From an uncultured Gemmatimonadota bacterium (lineage in GTDB: Bacteria; Blakebacterota; Blakebacteria; Blakebacterales; Blakebacteraceae): 58,488 bases of DNA. The notes under the pieces are model-generated. The model saw nothing but the letters and a program-made list of their open reading frames with translations, did no database searches and was not told the origin of the DNA. Below are positions 9,258 to 18,591 of this stretch, in pieces. Position numbers and translations under genes: made by a program. The DNA is taken from assembly GCA_964576115.1 (NCBI GenBank), contig CAZNUA010000022.1, positions 1 to 58,488 of the forward strand. The letters run 5' to 3'. Within the stretch, counting starts at the first letter, position 1; every line of letters begins with the position of its first letter.

Positions 9258-10240
9258 GCTCCCGGTTCCCTGTCGATGGTGTCGTATTTCGGGGGTTCGG
9301 GCGGCTTCGATTCCTTCAGGGCCTTGCCCGAGGCGGCGGGCAGATCCTGCAGGATCTCGGCGATACCGCCCAGCCCTCCGAGCAGGGCCGAGGCTTCGAA
9401 GGGCAGGAAGATCTTGGTGGCCTGGCCGTCGGCCATGGCCGTGAGGGCTTCCAGGTACTTGATCGTGATCAGGTCCTGGGTCGGATTGCCGTCGTGGATC
9501 GCCTCGTACACCTTGAGCACCGCCTCTGCCTCACCGTTGGCCACGGTGGTCAACTGGTAGCGGTCGGCGTCGGCGACCTTCTCTATCGCCATGGCCCGTC
9601 CCTCGGCTTCAAGGATGGCGGCCTGCTTCTGTCCCTCGGCCACCTTGATGGCGGCTTCCCGCTCCCCGTCGGCCTCGAGCACCACCGCCCGCCGGGTCCG
9701 CTCGGCCTTCATCTGGCGGTGCATGGCTTCCATCACGTCGGCGGGGGGCTCGATCCGCTGAATCTCGACCCGCACGACCCGCACTCCCCAGCGGTCGGTG
9801 GCATCATCGAGGATCTGACGCAGTTTGGTGTTGATCATCTCCCGGCTGGTCAGCGACTCATCCAGATCCAGATCTCCCACAATGTTACGCAGGTTTGTCT
9901 GGGCCAGCTTGGTGGCCGCGGCGTAGAAGTTGGCCACGTTGTAGAGCAGTTTGACCGGGTCGGTGGCCTCGTAGTAGACGATGGCATCCATCGTCACGGC
10001 CACGTTGTCCTCGGTGATCACCTCCTGGGGCGGCACGTCCACCACCTGCTCGCGCATGTCCACTTTGCGGATCTTCTCGATGAAGGGGATGATCAGCACC
10101 AGCCCCGAGTCCATGGTGCGCTGGTACTTGCCGAGCCGCTCCACGACACCTTTCTGGTAGGGGTAGACGATCTTGATCGAGTTCGCCACGAAGACGAACA
10201 GCACGATCGCCAGAACAATCATCACGTATACCGATTCCAT
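9254..10240 (-). CDS. SPFH/Band-7 (QmcA/stomatin-like) protein
   Basis: N-terminal TM helix; [42 protein letters not shown] motifs. Confidence 0.92.
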   Translation of the reverse strand: MESVYVMIVLAIVLFVFVANSIKIVYPYQKGVVERLGKYQRTMDSGLVLIIPFIEKIRKVDMREQVVDVPPQEVITEDNVAVTMDAIVYYEATDPVKLLYNVANFYAAATKLAQTNLRNIVGDLDLDESLTSREMINTKLRQILDDATDRWGVRVVRVEIQRIEPPADVMEAMHRQMKAERTRRAVVLEADGEREAAIKVAEGQKQAAILEAEGRAMAIEKVADADRYQLTTVANGEAEAVLKVYEAIHDGNPTQDLITIKYLEALTAMADGQATKIFLPFEASALLGGLGGIAEILQDLPAASGKALKESKPPEPPKYDTIDREPGA

Positions 10241-10304
10241 CCGTTTCCTCCTGTGCGGTTCCGGCCCGCGAGCACCGGCGCCCGCTGCCTGATGTCAGGG
10301 ATCC

Positions 10305-10793
10305 CTACTCGACGGCGTCGTCCTTGTCTTCGACTCTTTCCGGCGCATCTTCCCCCGCTTCGAGGGGACGCACGACCAACCGGGTTCCATCGACCTTTTC
10401 CACGACGGCCCAGGTGTCCTTCTCGATCACCGTTCTGTCCGAAGAATCGGCCCGCCACTCTTCGCGATCGACGCGCACCATGCCGGTCGCCGCAGCGGGA
10501 TCGATGGTCTCGATGACATACCCTTTCAGGCCGGTATAGCGCTCGGCCCCGACGCCGAAAGTGGTCGGACCGCGATGAACCGAGCGGGCGAACCTGCGGC
10601 TCCCCGCCCAGGCGATGGCGCTCACGACGAAGAAGACGATCCACTGCCAGAGGATGCTGCCGTTGAAGAGAGCCACGATGAACGCCGCCAGGGCACCGAT
10701 ACCGAATACGATCAGGAAGAACCCGACCGTGAGCATCTCGCCGATGAGCAGTATGGCGGCCAGGATCAGCCAGGCCCAGGTCATGATGTCCAT
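10305..10793 (-). CDS. nfeD: NfeD-family (short, YbbJ-like) membrane protein
   Basis: Three TM helices followed by an OB-fold (GMVRVDREEWRA...VEKVDGTRLVV); canonical position upstream of an SPFH gene. Confidence 0.88.
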   Translation of the reverse strand: MDIMTWAWLILAAILLIGEMLTVGFFLIVFGIGALAAFIVALFNGSILWQWIVFFVVSAIAWAGSRRFARSVHRGPTTFGVGAERYTGLKGYVIETIDPAAATGMVRVDREEWRADSSDRTVIEKDTWAVVEKVDGTRLVVRPLEAGEDAPERVEDKDDAVE

Positions 10794-10904
10794 GGTAGTG
10801 CCCTTTCTTGCAGGTCCTCGGAGCTGAATACCCGACCGGGTTCGTGCTCCTGCCTGCTGTCACGGATCCAACGGGTATACGCAGCAGGCCCGCCGGATTT
10901 CACG

Positions 10905-12056
10905 TCATTGCAGGTTCGCCAGGTAGATCAGGGTACGTTCGGGCCACACCCGGATCCGCTCATGGCTGGTATTGTAGCCGAAGACCGGCTGTTCCATCAG
11001 GTAGTATGTGCCCTCATGCCAGGTCAGCGCCCGGACCGGGTAGTTGGCCGCAATCCGCCGCACGATCCGACCCGAGTCGGGATCGATCCAGGCGATCGCC
11101 TCGCGTCCGGCCACAACCAGGTACTCGCCGTCGAAGGTCAGCCCCCCGTAGCCGGTCTCCTCGGGCTCGAGCTCGCGCACGATCCGGCCCGTCACGGGAT
11201 CGACGGCGCTGATTTTCCGGCTGTGCAGTACCCAGAGCAGCCCCCCGGCCCAGGTGATGGCATGGGCACCGTAGTAGCGGTTGACCTTCATCTCCTCGGT
11301 CACGATCTCGCGTACCACTCGCCCCGAAGCCGGATCGATCACGAAGGTCGGCAGGCCCGCCGTCCAGCCGTACTGCATGGCATAGAGCCGGCGCCCGTCG
11401 GTGGCCAGACCCCGTACCGAGGAGGTCCCCACCGTCTCGGCCAGATCCAGGCTGTCCCGGACAGCCCAGCTCTCCCGATCGATCCGGTAGAGGGTGCCGG
11501 TCTGAGCCACCCAGAGATCGGGGCCGAGCACAACCAGGGCCGAGGGCACTTTCTCCGACGGCGCCGGCCGGGTTCGGATCGTCCCCGAATCCACGATCCG
11601 GTCGGGACGGGGATCAGGGACATCCCAGGCTTCTCCCTGCCGATACAGATCATAGCGGCGCCGGATTTCCTCGAGCCGCTCCAGGAACGGCCCGGGACGC
11701 TCATACCCGCTCCAGCGGTACACTTTCTCACGCTCGTCGCCGATGGCGATCAGGCTGGGCCAGGCGCTGACATTGAAGTAGCGGGCGACATCGGGGATGG
11801 AGTCCCGATCGACAGTGACCCAGTGGAACCGGCGCGAAGTCGCCGCGACCGCGGCGTCACTGAAGGTGGAATCCTCCAGCACGGTGCACCAGCTTCACCC
11901 GTGGTAGGTGAAGTAGAGCAGGACCGGCCGGCTGTCACGTTGCGAGCGGCTCATCGCCGCCTCGACACTCTCCTCCCAGACGATCTCGCGGGCACTGCAG
12001 GCCAGAGCGGTCAGTGCGATCGCTCCCAGAGCCAGTGTGCGTGAGGTTTTGCACAT
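10905..12056 (-). CDS. Lipoprotein with thioredoxin-like domain (U-S-W-C) fused to a beta-propeller; probable selenoprotein
   Basis: Track ORFs 11895..12260 and 10905..11882 are in frame across TGA 11895-11897: RPVLLYFTYHG-U-SWCTVLEDSTFSDAAV...FHWVTVDRD...FNVSAWPS. ATG at 12056; lipobox LAC; propeller repeats GLATDGRRLY, AITWAGGLLW, GLTFDGEYLV, ALTWHEGTYY. Confidence 0.82.
11855..11883 (-). promoter_or_regulatory. Candidate SECIS hairpin for the second UGA
   Basis: After the UGA: CGU-GCUGGAGG-[AUUCCA]-CCUUCAGU-G-ACG, or the alternative short stem UGGA-[GGAU]-UCCA with loop G at +21. Less canonical than the first candidate. Confidence 0.4.
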
Positions 12057-12187
12057 ATCCCCTGCATCCTTCCTGCTGCGCACTCCCTGGTCCGCCGCCC
12101 GAACTTTCCGGGTGGCGACCTCCGGTTCCGATAGTAGGCGATCAGCCGGCACCCTGTATATTTGGAAAGAATCAGGGAGATGCCGCC

Positions 12188-13153
12188 ATGACGTTTCAGT
12201 CGCCCCCCGATACCGACCCAGATCTCGATGCCATCCGGCAGGCTTACGGCCGTATCGCACCCCACCTGCATCGCACTCCGGTGCTCACCTCGGCCGCTCT
12301 CGAGGCACTGACCGGAGCCACCCTCATATTCAAAGGCGAGAACTTCCAGAAAGTCGGGGCTTTCAAGGCCCGTGGTGCCACCAACGCCGTCCTGGCGTTG
12401 AACGATGACGAGGCTGGAGCCGGAGTTATCACGCACTCCTCGGGTAACCACGCCGCCGCTCTGGCCTTCGCAGCCCGCCTGCGGGGAATACCGGCCCATA
12501 TCATCATGCCCTCGACCGCTCCGGCCGTGAAGAAGGCGGCCGTGGCAACCTACGGCGGCCTCATCACCGAGTGCGAACCCACACTGGCGGCCCGGGAGGA
12601 AACCGCAGCCCGCGTCGGAGCCGAAACCGGAGCGACCCTCATTCACCCCTACGACAACCCCGCCATCATTGCCGGTCAGGCCACTGCAGCGCTCGAATTG
12701 ATCGAGGACGCCGGTCCGCTCGATCTGATCCTGGTACCCGTCGGAGGGGGCGGGCTGGTGAGCGGTACGGCCCTGGCGGCCGCCGGCCTGGCCCCCGACA
12801 CCCGGGTCGTGGCGTGCGAACCGGCCAACGCCGACGATGCCCGGCGTTCCTTTCAAAGCGGCATCCTGCAGCCGGTGGGAGCGGCCGATACCATCGCCGA
12901 CGGCCTGCGCACCCAGCTCTGCGAGCGGACTTTCCGCATCATCAGAGCCCATGTGCACGACATCGTCACCGTCACCGAAACCGAAATCGTCAGGGCCATG
13001 CGTCTGGTCTGGGAACGGATGAAGATCATCATCGAACCGTCCTCAGCGGTTCCCGTCGCAGCGGCTCTGAATGCAGCGGTCGAGGTTGCGGGACAGCGGG
13101 TCGGCATCATTCTGAGCGGAGGGAATGTGGACCTCGGCGCACTGCCGTTCTGA
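12188..13153 (+). CDS. PLP-dependent serine/threonine dehydratase / serine racemase (fold II)
   Basis: FKGENFQKVGAFKARGA (PLP lysine), HSSGNHA, PVGGGGL, EPSSA and ILSGGNVD motifs; no ACT domain. Confidence 0.92.
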   Translation: MTFQSPPDTDPDLDAIRQAYGRIAPHLHRTPVLTSAALEALTGATLIFKGENFQKVGAFKARGATNAVLALNDDEAGAGVITHSSGNHAAALAFAARLRGIPAHIIMPSTAPAVKKAAVATYGGLITECEPTLAAREETAARVGAETGATLIHPYDNPAIIAGQATAALELIEDAGPLDLILVPVGGGGLVSGTALAAAGLAPDTRVVACEPANADDARRSFQSGILQPVGAADTIADGLRTQLCERTFRIIRAHVHDIVTVTETEIVRAMRLVWERMKIIIEPSSAVPVAAALNAAVEVAGQRVGIILSGGNVDLGALPF

Positions 13154-13214
13154 GGTGCCGGATCAGACACCAGGGTACTCGTCTTGCCACGATCGGCTGA
13201 AGGGGAGGGAGAGG

Positions 13215-14078
13215 ATGACCGAAGAGAGCCAGATCCACGAGTACAATCCAGATGACATCGAGCTGCGTCCACTGCGTTCGGCCGAGGAGTTCGATCAGTG
13301 CGTCGCGCTGCAGAAGGAAACCTGGGGCGAGAGCTTCACCGAAATCGTGCCCCCCTCGCTGCTCATGGTGAGTCAGAAAGTCGGAGGGGTGGCGGTGGGG
13401 GCTTTCGACCCCGCCGGCCGCCTGCTTGGCTTCGTCTTCGGCATGACGGGTGTCGAGGAGGGGCAGGTAGTTCACTGGTCGGACATGCTCGCCGTGCGCC
13501 GTGAGTACCGGGGAGCAGGTCTCGGACGCCATCTCAAACTCACCCAGCGCGAGCGCCTGCTTGAGCTCGGGGTCGAGACCGTGAAGTGGAGTTACGATCC
13601 CCTTGAAGCGTCCAACGCTCATCTCAACATCAACCGGCTCGGAGCCCGACCGACCGAATACATCGTGAATATGTACGGCGAGGATACCGGGAGCGTCCGT
13701 CATGCCGGCATCGGCACCGACCGCTTTATCATCGAGTGGAATCTGAGCGGGGAGCGAGTCGAGACCGCCCTTGCGGGCCGGCTCTCGATCGATCCCGCCC
13801 TGGCCGCCGGAGTGCCGGTCGTGAACACGAATGCAAACGCGGGCACCCCCCTCGAGGGCGCCTTCGCTCTGACCGACCTGCCCTCGGTCCGGATCGAGAT
13901 CCCGGCCGACATCCAGGAGCTGAAGGTCACCGATCCGGACGCCGCACGTGCCTGGCGCGCCGCCACGCGGCACGCCTTTCTGCATTATCTCGATCGGACC
14001 TATACCACCCGGGGGTTCATCGCCGATCGGGTATCCGGCCGCTGTTTCTATTTCCTGAGCCGGATCACGACCAGCTGA
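13215..14078 (+). CDS. GNAT N-acyltransferase of the D-amino-acid N-succinyltransferase-like type
   Basis: HWSDMLAV..EYRGAGLG..LK..QRE, WSYDPL..NAHLN..RLGA, GTDRF..EW motifs; GGAGAGG RBS. Confidence 0.8.
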   Translation: MTEESQIHEYNPDDIELRPLRSAEEFDQCVALQKETWGESFTEIVPPSLLMVSQKVGGVAVGAFDPAGRLLGFVFGMTGVEEGQVVHWSDMLAVRREYRGAGLGRHLKLTQRERLLELGVETVKWSYDPLEASNAHLNINRLGARPTEYIVNMYGEDTGSVRHAGIGTDRFIIEWNLSGERVETALAGRLSIDPALAAGVPVVNTNANAGTPLEGAFALTDLPSVRIEIPADIQELKVTDPDAARAWRAATRHAFLHYLDRTYTTRGFIADRVSGRCFYFLSRITTS

Positions 14079-14090
14079 AAGGAGACCGTC

Positions 14091-15152
14091 ATGGTTCCCC
14101 GTTCCCTGTATTCCGTCCGAGGGTTCATCGCGAACCGTCTCGCCGCCCGGGTCGGGATCGCGCTGCTCAGTACATCCTTCCTCCTGCCACCGACTCTGAT
14201 CTTCGCCCAGGCCGATCCGGGTCTGGCACACCTGAAGGCCGAGATCGAACGGCTGGCCGAGATCGCCGGCGGCGTAACGGGAGTGGGCATCATCCACCTA
14301 GAAACGGGGCGCCAGCTCTACCTTCATCCCGACGACCCCTTCCCGATGGCAAGCACCTACAAGGTTCCCATCGCCGTCCAGCTCTTCACCCTGATCGATA
14401 CGGGACAGAAAAACCTGGGTGACATGATCGAGATCCGGGCGGTCGATCTGCACCCGGGCAGCGGTACCCTGACCGAACTCTTCGATGATCCCGGGGTGAT
14501 TCTCTCGCTGCACAATCTCATCGAGCTGATGCTTCTGATCAGCGACAACTCGGCCACCGATATCTGCCTGCGCGAAGCCGGAGGCGGCAAGGCCGTCACC
14601 GACCGCATGCGTGCGCTCGGCCTGGAAGGAATCACCGTGAACCGCCCCACCGTCGAACTGATCGGTGACTGGATCGGCATCCACGACCTGCCCCCCGGTG
14701 GGGAGATCACGATCGAGGACTTCAACCACCTCTCCCGGCAGGTGGACGCAACCGAGCGCAGACGGGCGGGCGAGGCTTTCGATACCGACCCGCAGGATAC
14801 TGCCACCCCGCGCGACGCAGCCGCACTACTAACCCGGCTCTGGCGGGGCGAGCTGCTCTCGGCCGAGAGCACCGAACAGCTGCTCGACATCATGCGCCGC
14901 TGCATGACCGGACAGGCCCGCCTGCAGGGAATGCTTCCTCCGGGTACAGTCGTGCTGCACAAGACCGGTACCATCGGACGCACGACCAACGACATCGGTC
15001 TTGTCGAGCTGCCCGGTGAAGCAGGGCATGTGGTCGTGGCGGCCTTTGTGAAGGAATCCCCGCGTGAGGTCGAGGCCCGCGAGCATGCCATCGCCCAGAT
15101 CGCGCGGGCAGTGTACGATTATTTCCTTTTCAATCCTGACACGGAGTATTGA
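14091..15152 (+). CDS. Class A beta-lactamase-like serine hydrolase (exported)
   Basis: FPMASTYK (SxxK), ISDNSATD (SDN), HKTG and DTATP motifs; signal peptide; the omega-loop Glu appears replaced. Confidence 0.85.
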   Translation: MVPRSLYSVRGFIANRLAARVGIALLSTSFLLPPTLIFAQADPGLAHLKAEIERLAEIAGGVTGVGIIHLETGRQLYLHPDDPFPMASTYKVPIAVQLFTLIDTGQKNLGDMIEIRAVDLHPGSGTLTELFDDPGVILSLHNLIELMLLISDNSATDICLREAGGGKAVTDRMRALGLEGITVNRPTVELIGDWIGIHDLPPGGEITIEDFNHLSRQVDATERRRAGEAFDTDPQDTATPRDAAALLTRLWRGELLSAESTEQLLDIMRRCMTGQARLQGMLPPGTVVLHKTGTIGRTTNDIGLVELPGEAGHVVVAAFVKESPREVEAREHAIAQIARAVYDYFLFNPDTEY

Positions 15153-15293
15153 GGGCGGATTGTTGCTCTCCCGACGCTCCCGGTCCGGGGCGTAAACACG
15201 TTCCGGTTTCCCTGCGTCGTTGGAGTGTCGGAGTCGCCGGTACGGGGCGCCGGCTTATTGTGAAGGAGACACCGCGGGCTCCACCGGGAGTCC

Positions 15294-18200
15294 ATGATGA
15301 GCCACCGGTCCGATCGCTACCGCCGGTCGCAGTTCACCACCGCCATATTCCTGCCCGGAGCAGGCCCGGCGGCGATCCGTTCCCTGATTCTCGCAATCAG
15401 TATTGTCTGCAGTCTCATCCCGACCCTCGCCCTGGAGGCTCAGGGTGACAGCTCCACGATCCGTGGCCTGGTCGTCGACGCCGAAACCGGATCCCCCCTG
15501 CATGGCGTCAATATCCTCCTGCTCACAGCCGAAGGCGATACCACCACCCTGGGGGCGATGACCGGCAGCGACGGCCGCTACCGGATTCTCTCGGTTCCCC
15601 CCGGCACCTGGATCCTGCAGGCTGGCATGATGGGGTATGAGACCCTGCGGGTACGCGAGTTCGCGGTTGGGGCCGACCGCCTGTGTGTCCAGGATTTTCA
15701 CCTGCCACCGGTCGTGCTCGAAGCGGGGCAGATCATTACCGTGACCGCTCCCCTCGATGTACTCAGGCGCGACGTGACCGGTTCGCGCGAATCCCTGACC
15801 GCGACCCAGATGATGGACCTGCCCGCTCAGTCAACGACCGACATCCTGGCCCTGCAGACCTCCTTTTACATCGAGCAGGGCTTCGAACACAACATTCCCG
15901 GTTACCGCGACCGCGGCCTGCAGCAGTTGCACGTGCGGGGGGGGCGCAACGCCGAGGTGGCCTTCATGATCGACGGCCTGCAGGTCACCAACCTCGTCTT
16001 CGGCGGCCAGGCGATGAAGACCAATCCCACCGCCCTGGAAGAAATGGTGATCATGGCCAGCGGGGTGAGCGCCGAGTACGGCAACGCCCTGAGCGGGGTG
16101 GTCAACTTCGTGACCCGTTCGGGAGGACCGCGGTACGAGGGCAACCTCGAACTGCTCTCGAGCGAGTTCGGTTCAGCCCCCGATGACGCCCGCGACCTGA
16201 CCACGAGCCGCGGTTTTCTGGGCGGACCTGTACCGCGCCTGCCCGGTCTGACCTTTTTTCTCTCCGGCTCGGCCACCACCGCCCGCGATTTCCTGGTCCA
16301 TCGAGACGACATCGTCTTCGATTTCGAGGTCGATCCCCGCGATCCCGCAACCCGACGGAACGACATCGAGTACGACCACATGCCCGAGGACTGGCTGGAA
16401 TTCGACCCCGATGAGCACGATCCCTACTATCAGCGCGAGACCGCGACCGGTCACGGCTGGCGGATCTATCCCCAGGACAGTTTCTCGGGCTGGTACGGCT
16501 ATGGTTACAACACCGAGTGGGATGTCCTGGCCAACCTCTCCCAGCGAATCGGGCGCAGCATGCGCCTCAAGCTCAGCCTGCTGCGCAACCGGCGCGTCGG
16601 GGTGCCCTATACCAGCGACTGGCGCTTTGCGATGTTCTGGGGCCTGCCCGCCGAGGTGCAGCAGCTCAATGTCTTCGGTGTCGACCGCTGGGACGCGACC
16701 CGGCTCGATCCCTGGACCGGGGATCCGATCTACGAGGGGGACGGCGATGAGCTCATCTGGGGCACCGGCCTGACCGATTTTCACAACGAAAAAAACGTGC
16801 TCGAAAAAGACCATGCCCGGATCGCGGCGGTCTGGACCCACCAGCCTCACCCGAGCACCTTTTACACCCTCCGCTTCTCCTACCTGGATTACGACCGCAC
16901 CATGCGGGTCAAACGCTGGGTCAACGATGACGGCTACGTGCCCCGCCTCGATCATCTCAATGACGAGTATCCGACCTGGATCCCCGGGGACGAGCTGCAC
17001 CAGGTCACCCTGCAGCCGCTGCCCTACAGCACCGGTACGCTGCATGAGCGCACCTACGGTTACTTCCCCGTCGGCGGGGCGGGGTACTCCACCGACGGTT
17101 CGGATCGCTACTTCTCCAACCAGTACGACACCACCCGGCACCTGCGCCTGGACATCACCAGTCAGCTCTCCGGCCATCACCTCATCAAGGGGGGAGTGGA
17201 GTACAAGCGCCTGACCCTCGATAATTACGCCATCCAGCTCCTCTACCTCACCCCGCCCTACATCACCCAGTACCGGCACACCCCGACCGAGTTCTCGCTC
17301 TATCTGCAGGACAAGATCGAGTACCGGTACGTGGTCTTCAATGTCGGCCTGCGCTTGGATAGCGGGAACTCGGGCGACCTGCCCTTCTGGCTCCACCCGA
17401 TGAATCCGATGGATACCGAACGCAATCTCGTCATCGATCCCAGCGATCCCGAAACCGCTCCCTGCAAACGGACCGGCCGGCGCCGGGCTCTTTCACCCCG
17501 CCTGGGACTGGCCATTCCCCTGTCGACAGCGGCCGTCTTCTTCGCGAACTACGGGCATTTCTATCAGTACCCGATCTACCGCAACTGTTACCTGCAGGGA
17601 ACTCTCGAGGATTCGGTACCGCTGATCGGCAATCCCGACCTGCAGATGGAATTTGCGGCCAAGTACGAGTTCGGCTGCCGGGCCCACCTGAGCGAGCTGG
17701 TCATCCTGCAGGCCGTGGCCTGGAGCAAGGATCAGAGCAATCTGGTGGGGACGATACGGGTACCCGCTTTCCACCACGGCGTTTCCAATCCCCATGATTA
17801 CACCGTCTTCATGAACAAGGACTATGCCGTCTGCCGGGGGATCGATCTCTCGCTCAGCCGCCGCTTCAGCGGTCTCTGGAGCGGCCGGCTGGCCTATTCG
17901 TGGATCACCTCGGAGATGAACGCCGAGGATCCCTGGGCGGGCTACCGGGGCGGGCACGAACTCGAAACGGGACCGAAGCGGCGCCGCCCCACCGGCTGGG
18001 ACCGGCCCCATACCCTCAGCGGCCTGCTCAGTCTGATCCTGCCCGAGGGTTTCGGACCTCAGATCGCGGGCCTGCGCCCCTTCGAACGGGCCGGCGCCAG
18101 CCTGGTCTACCGCGGTTCTTCAGGGCGGCCCTACACGCCAACGACCCGGTACGAGAGCCTCGAAACCCGTTCCGCCCGCATGCCCTGGAAATCGCAGTGG

Positions 18201-18425
18201 GATCTGCGGGCCTGGCGTGACGTGCGCCTGCTTGGGCTGGAGTGCGGCCTGCTGGTGAACATTCGTAACCTCTTCGACACCCGGATCGTGCAGAGTGTCT
18301 ACTCGGCCACCGGGAGTCCGATCGATCCGGGGCCGGGCGCCACGGCCTATTCGGAGAACTACGACCGCTCCCACTACTTCGGCTCGCCGCGCCTGATCGA
18401 CATCGGATTCAGGGTAAGATTCTGA
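15294..18425 (+). CDS. TonB-dependent receptor with N-terminal CarboxypepD_reg-like domain
   Basis: IRGLVVDAETGSPLHGVNI domain; plug motifs VRGGR...FMIDG and SAEYGNALSGVVN; SPRLG; NLFD; C-terminal Phe (GFRVRF). Confidence 0.9.
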   Translation: MMSHRSDRYRRSQFTTAIFLPGAGPAAIRSLILAISIVCSLIPTLALEAQGDSSTIRGLVVDAETGSPLHGVNILLLTAEGDTTTLGAMTGSDGRYRILSVPPGTWILQAGMMGYETLRVREFAVGADRLCVQDFHLPPVVLEAGQIITVTAPLDVLRRDVTGSRESLTATQMMDLPAQSTTDILALQTSFYIEQGFEHNIPGYRDRGLQQLHVRGGRNAEVAFMIDGLQVTNLVFGGQAMKTNPTALEEMVIMASGVSAEYGNALSGVVNFVTRSGGPRYEGNLELLSSEFGSAPDDARDLTTSRGFLGGPVPRLPGLTFFLSGSATTARDFLVHRDDIVFDFEVDPRDPATRRNDIEYDHMPEDWLEFDPDEHDPYYQRETATGHGWRIYPQDSFSGWYGYGYNTEWDVLANLSQRIGRSMRLKLSLLRNRRVGVPYTSDWRFAMFWGLPAEVQQLNVFGVDRWDATRLDPWTGDPIYEGDGDELIWGTGLTDFHNEKNVLEKDHARIAAVWTHQPHPSTFYTLRFSYLDYDRTMRVKRWVNDDGYVPRLDHLNDEYPTWIPGDELHQVTLQPLPYSTGTLHERTYGYFPVGGAGYSTDGSDRYFSNQYDTTRHLRLDITSQLSGHHLIKGGVEYKRLTLDNYAIQLLYLTPPYITQYRHTPTEFSLYLQDKIEYRYVVFNVGLRLDSGNSGDLPFWLHPMNPMDTERNLVIDPSDPETAPCKRTGRRRALSPRLGLAIPLSTAAVFFANYGHFYQYPIYRNCYLQGTLEDSVPLIGNPDLQMEFAAKYEFGCRAHLSELVILQAVAWSKDQSNLVGTIRVPAFHHGVSNPHDYTVFMNKDYAVCRGIDLSLSRRFSGLWSGRLAYSWITSEMNAEDPWAGYRGGHELETGPKRRRPTGWDRPHTLSGLLSLILPEGFGPQIAGLRPFERAGASLVYRGSSGRPYTPTTRYESLETRSARMPWKSQWDLRAWRDVRLLGLECGLLVNIRNLFDTRIVQSVYSATGSPIDPGPGATAYSENYDRSHYFGSPRLIDIGFRVRF

Positions 18426-18591
18426 ACCTTCCAACCATTCATCCCGTACCGTCATCGAAGAGTATTGTTCCGCAGGCTCGGCACGTATCGCGTGTCATTG
18501 CGGAATTTTATACGCGGAATCATGCGCTGAGCTGAGACACTTTACCGCCGAGTGGCTCTCCCGCCCGGCCCGGCTGAAAAGAGCTGGTGTC

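Noticed and set aside
7478-11897. Genome-wide UGA reassignment (Trp/Gly) as the explanation for the two internal TGAs
   Set aside because: Many well-defined genes here end at TGA at their expected C-termini (e.g. 13153, 18425, 43477, 53910), Trp is encoded by TGG, and both internal TGAs occupy a Cys column.
14091-15152. Calling this gene an antibiotic-resistance beta-lactamase
   Set aside because: The general-base Glu appears absent and there is no mobile context, so it is kept as lactamase-like.
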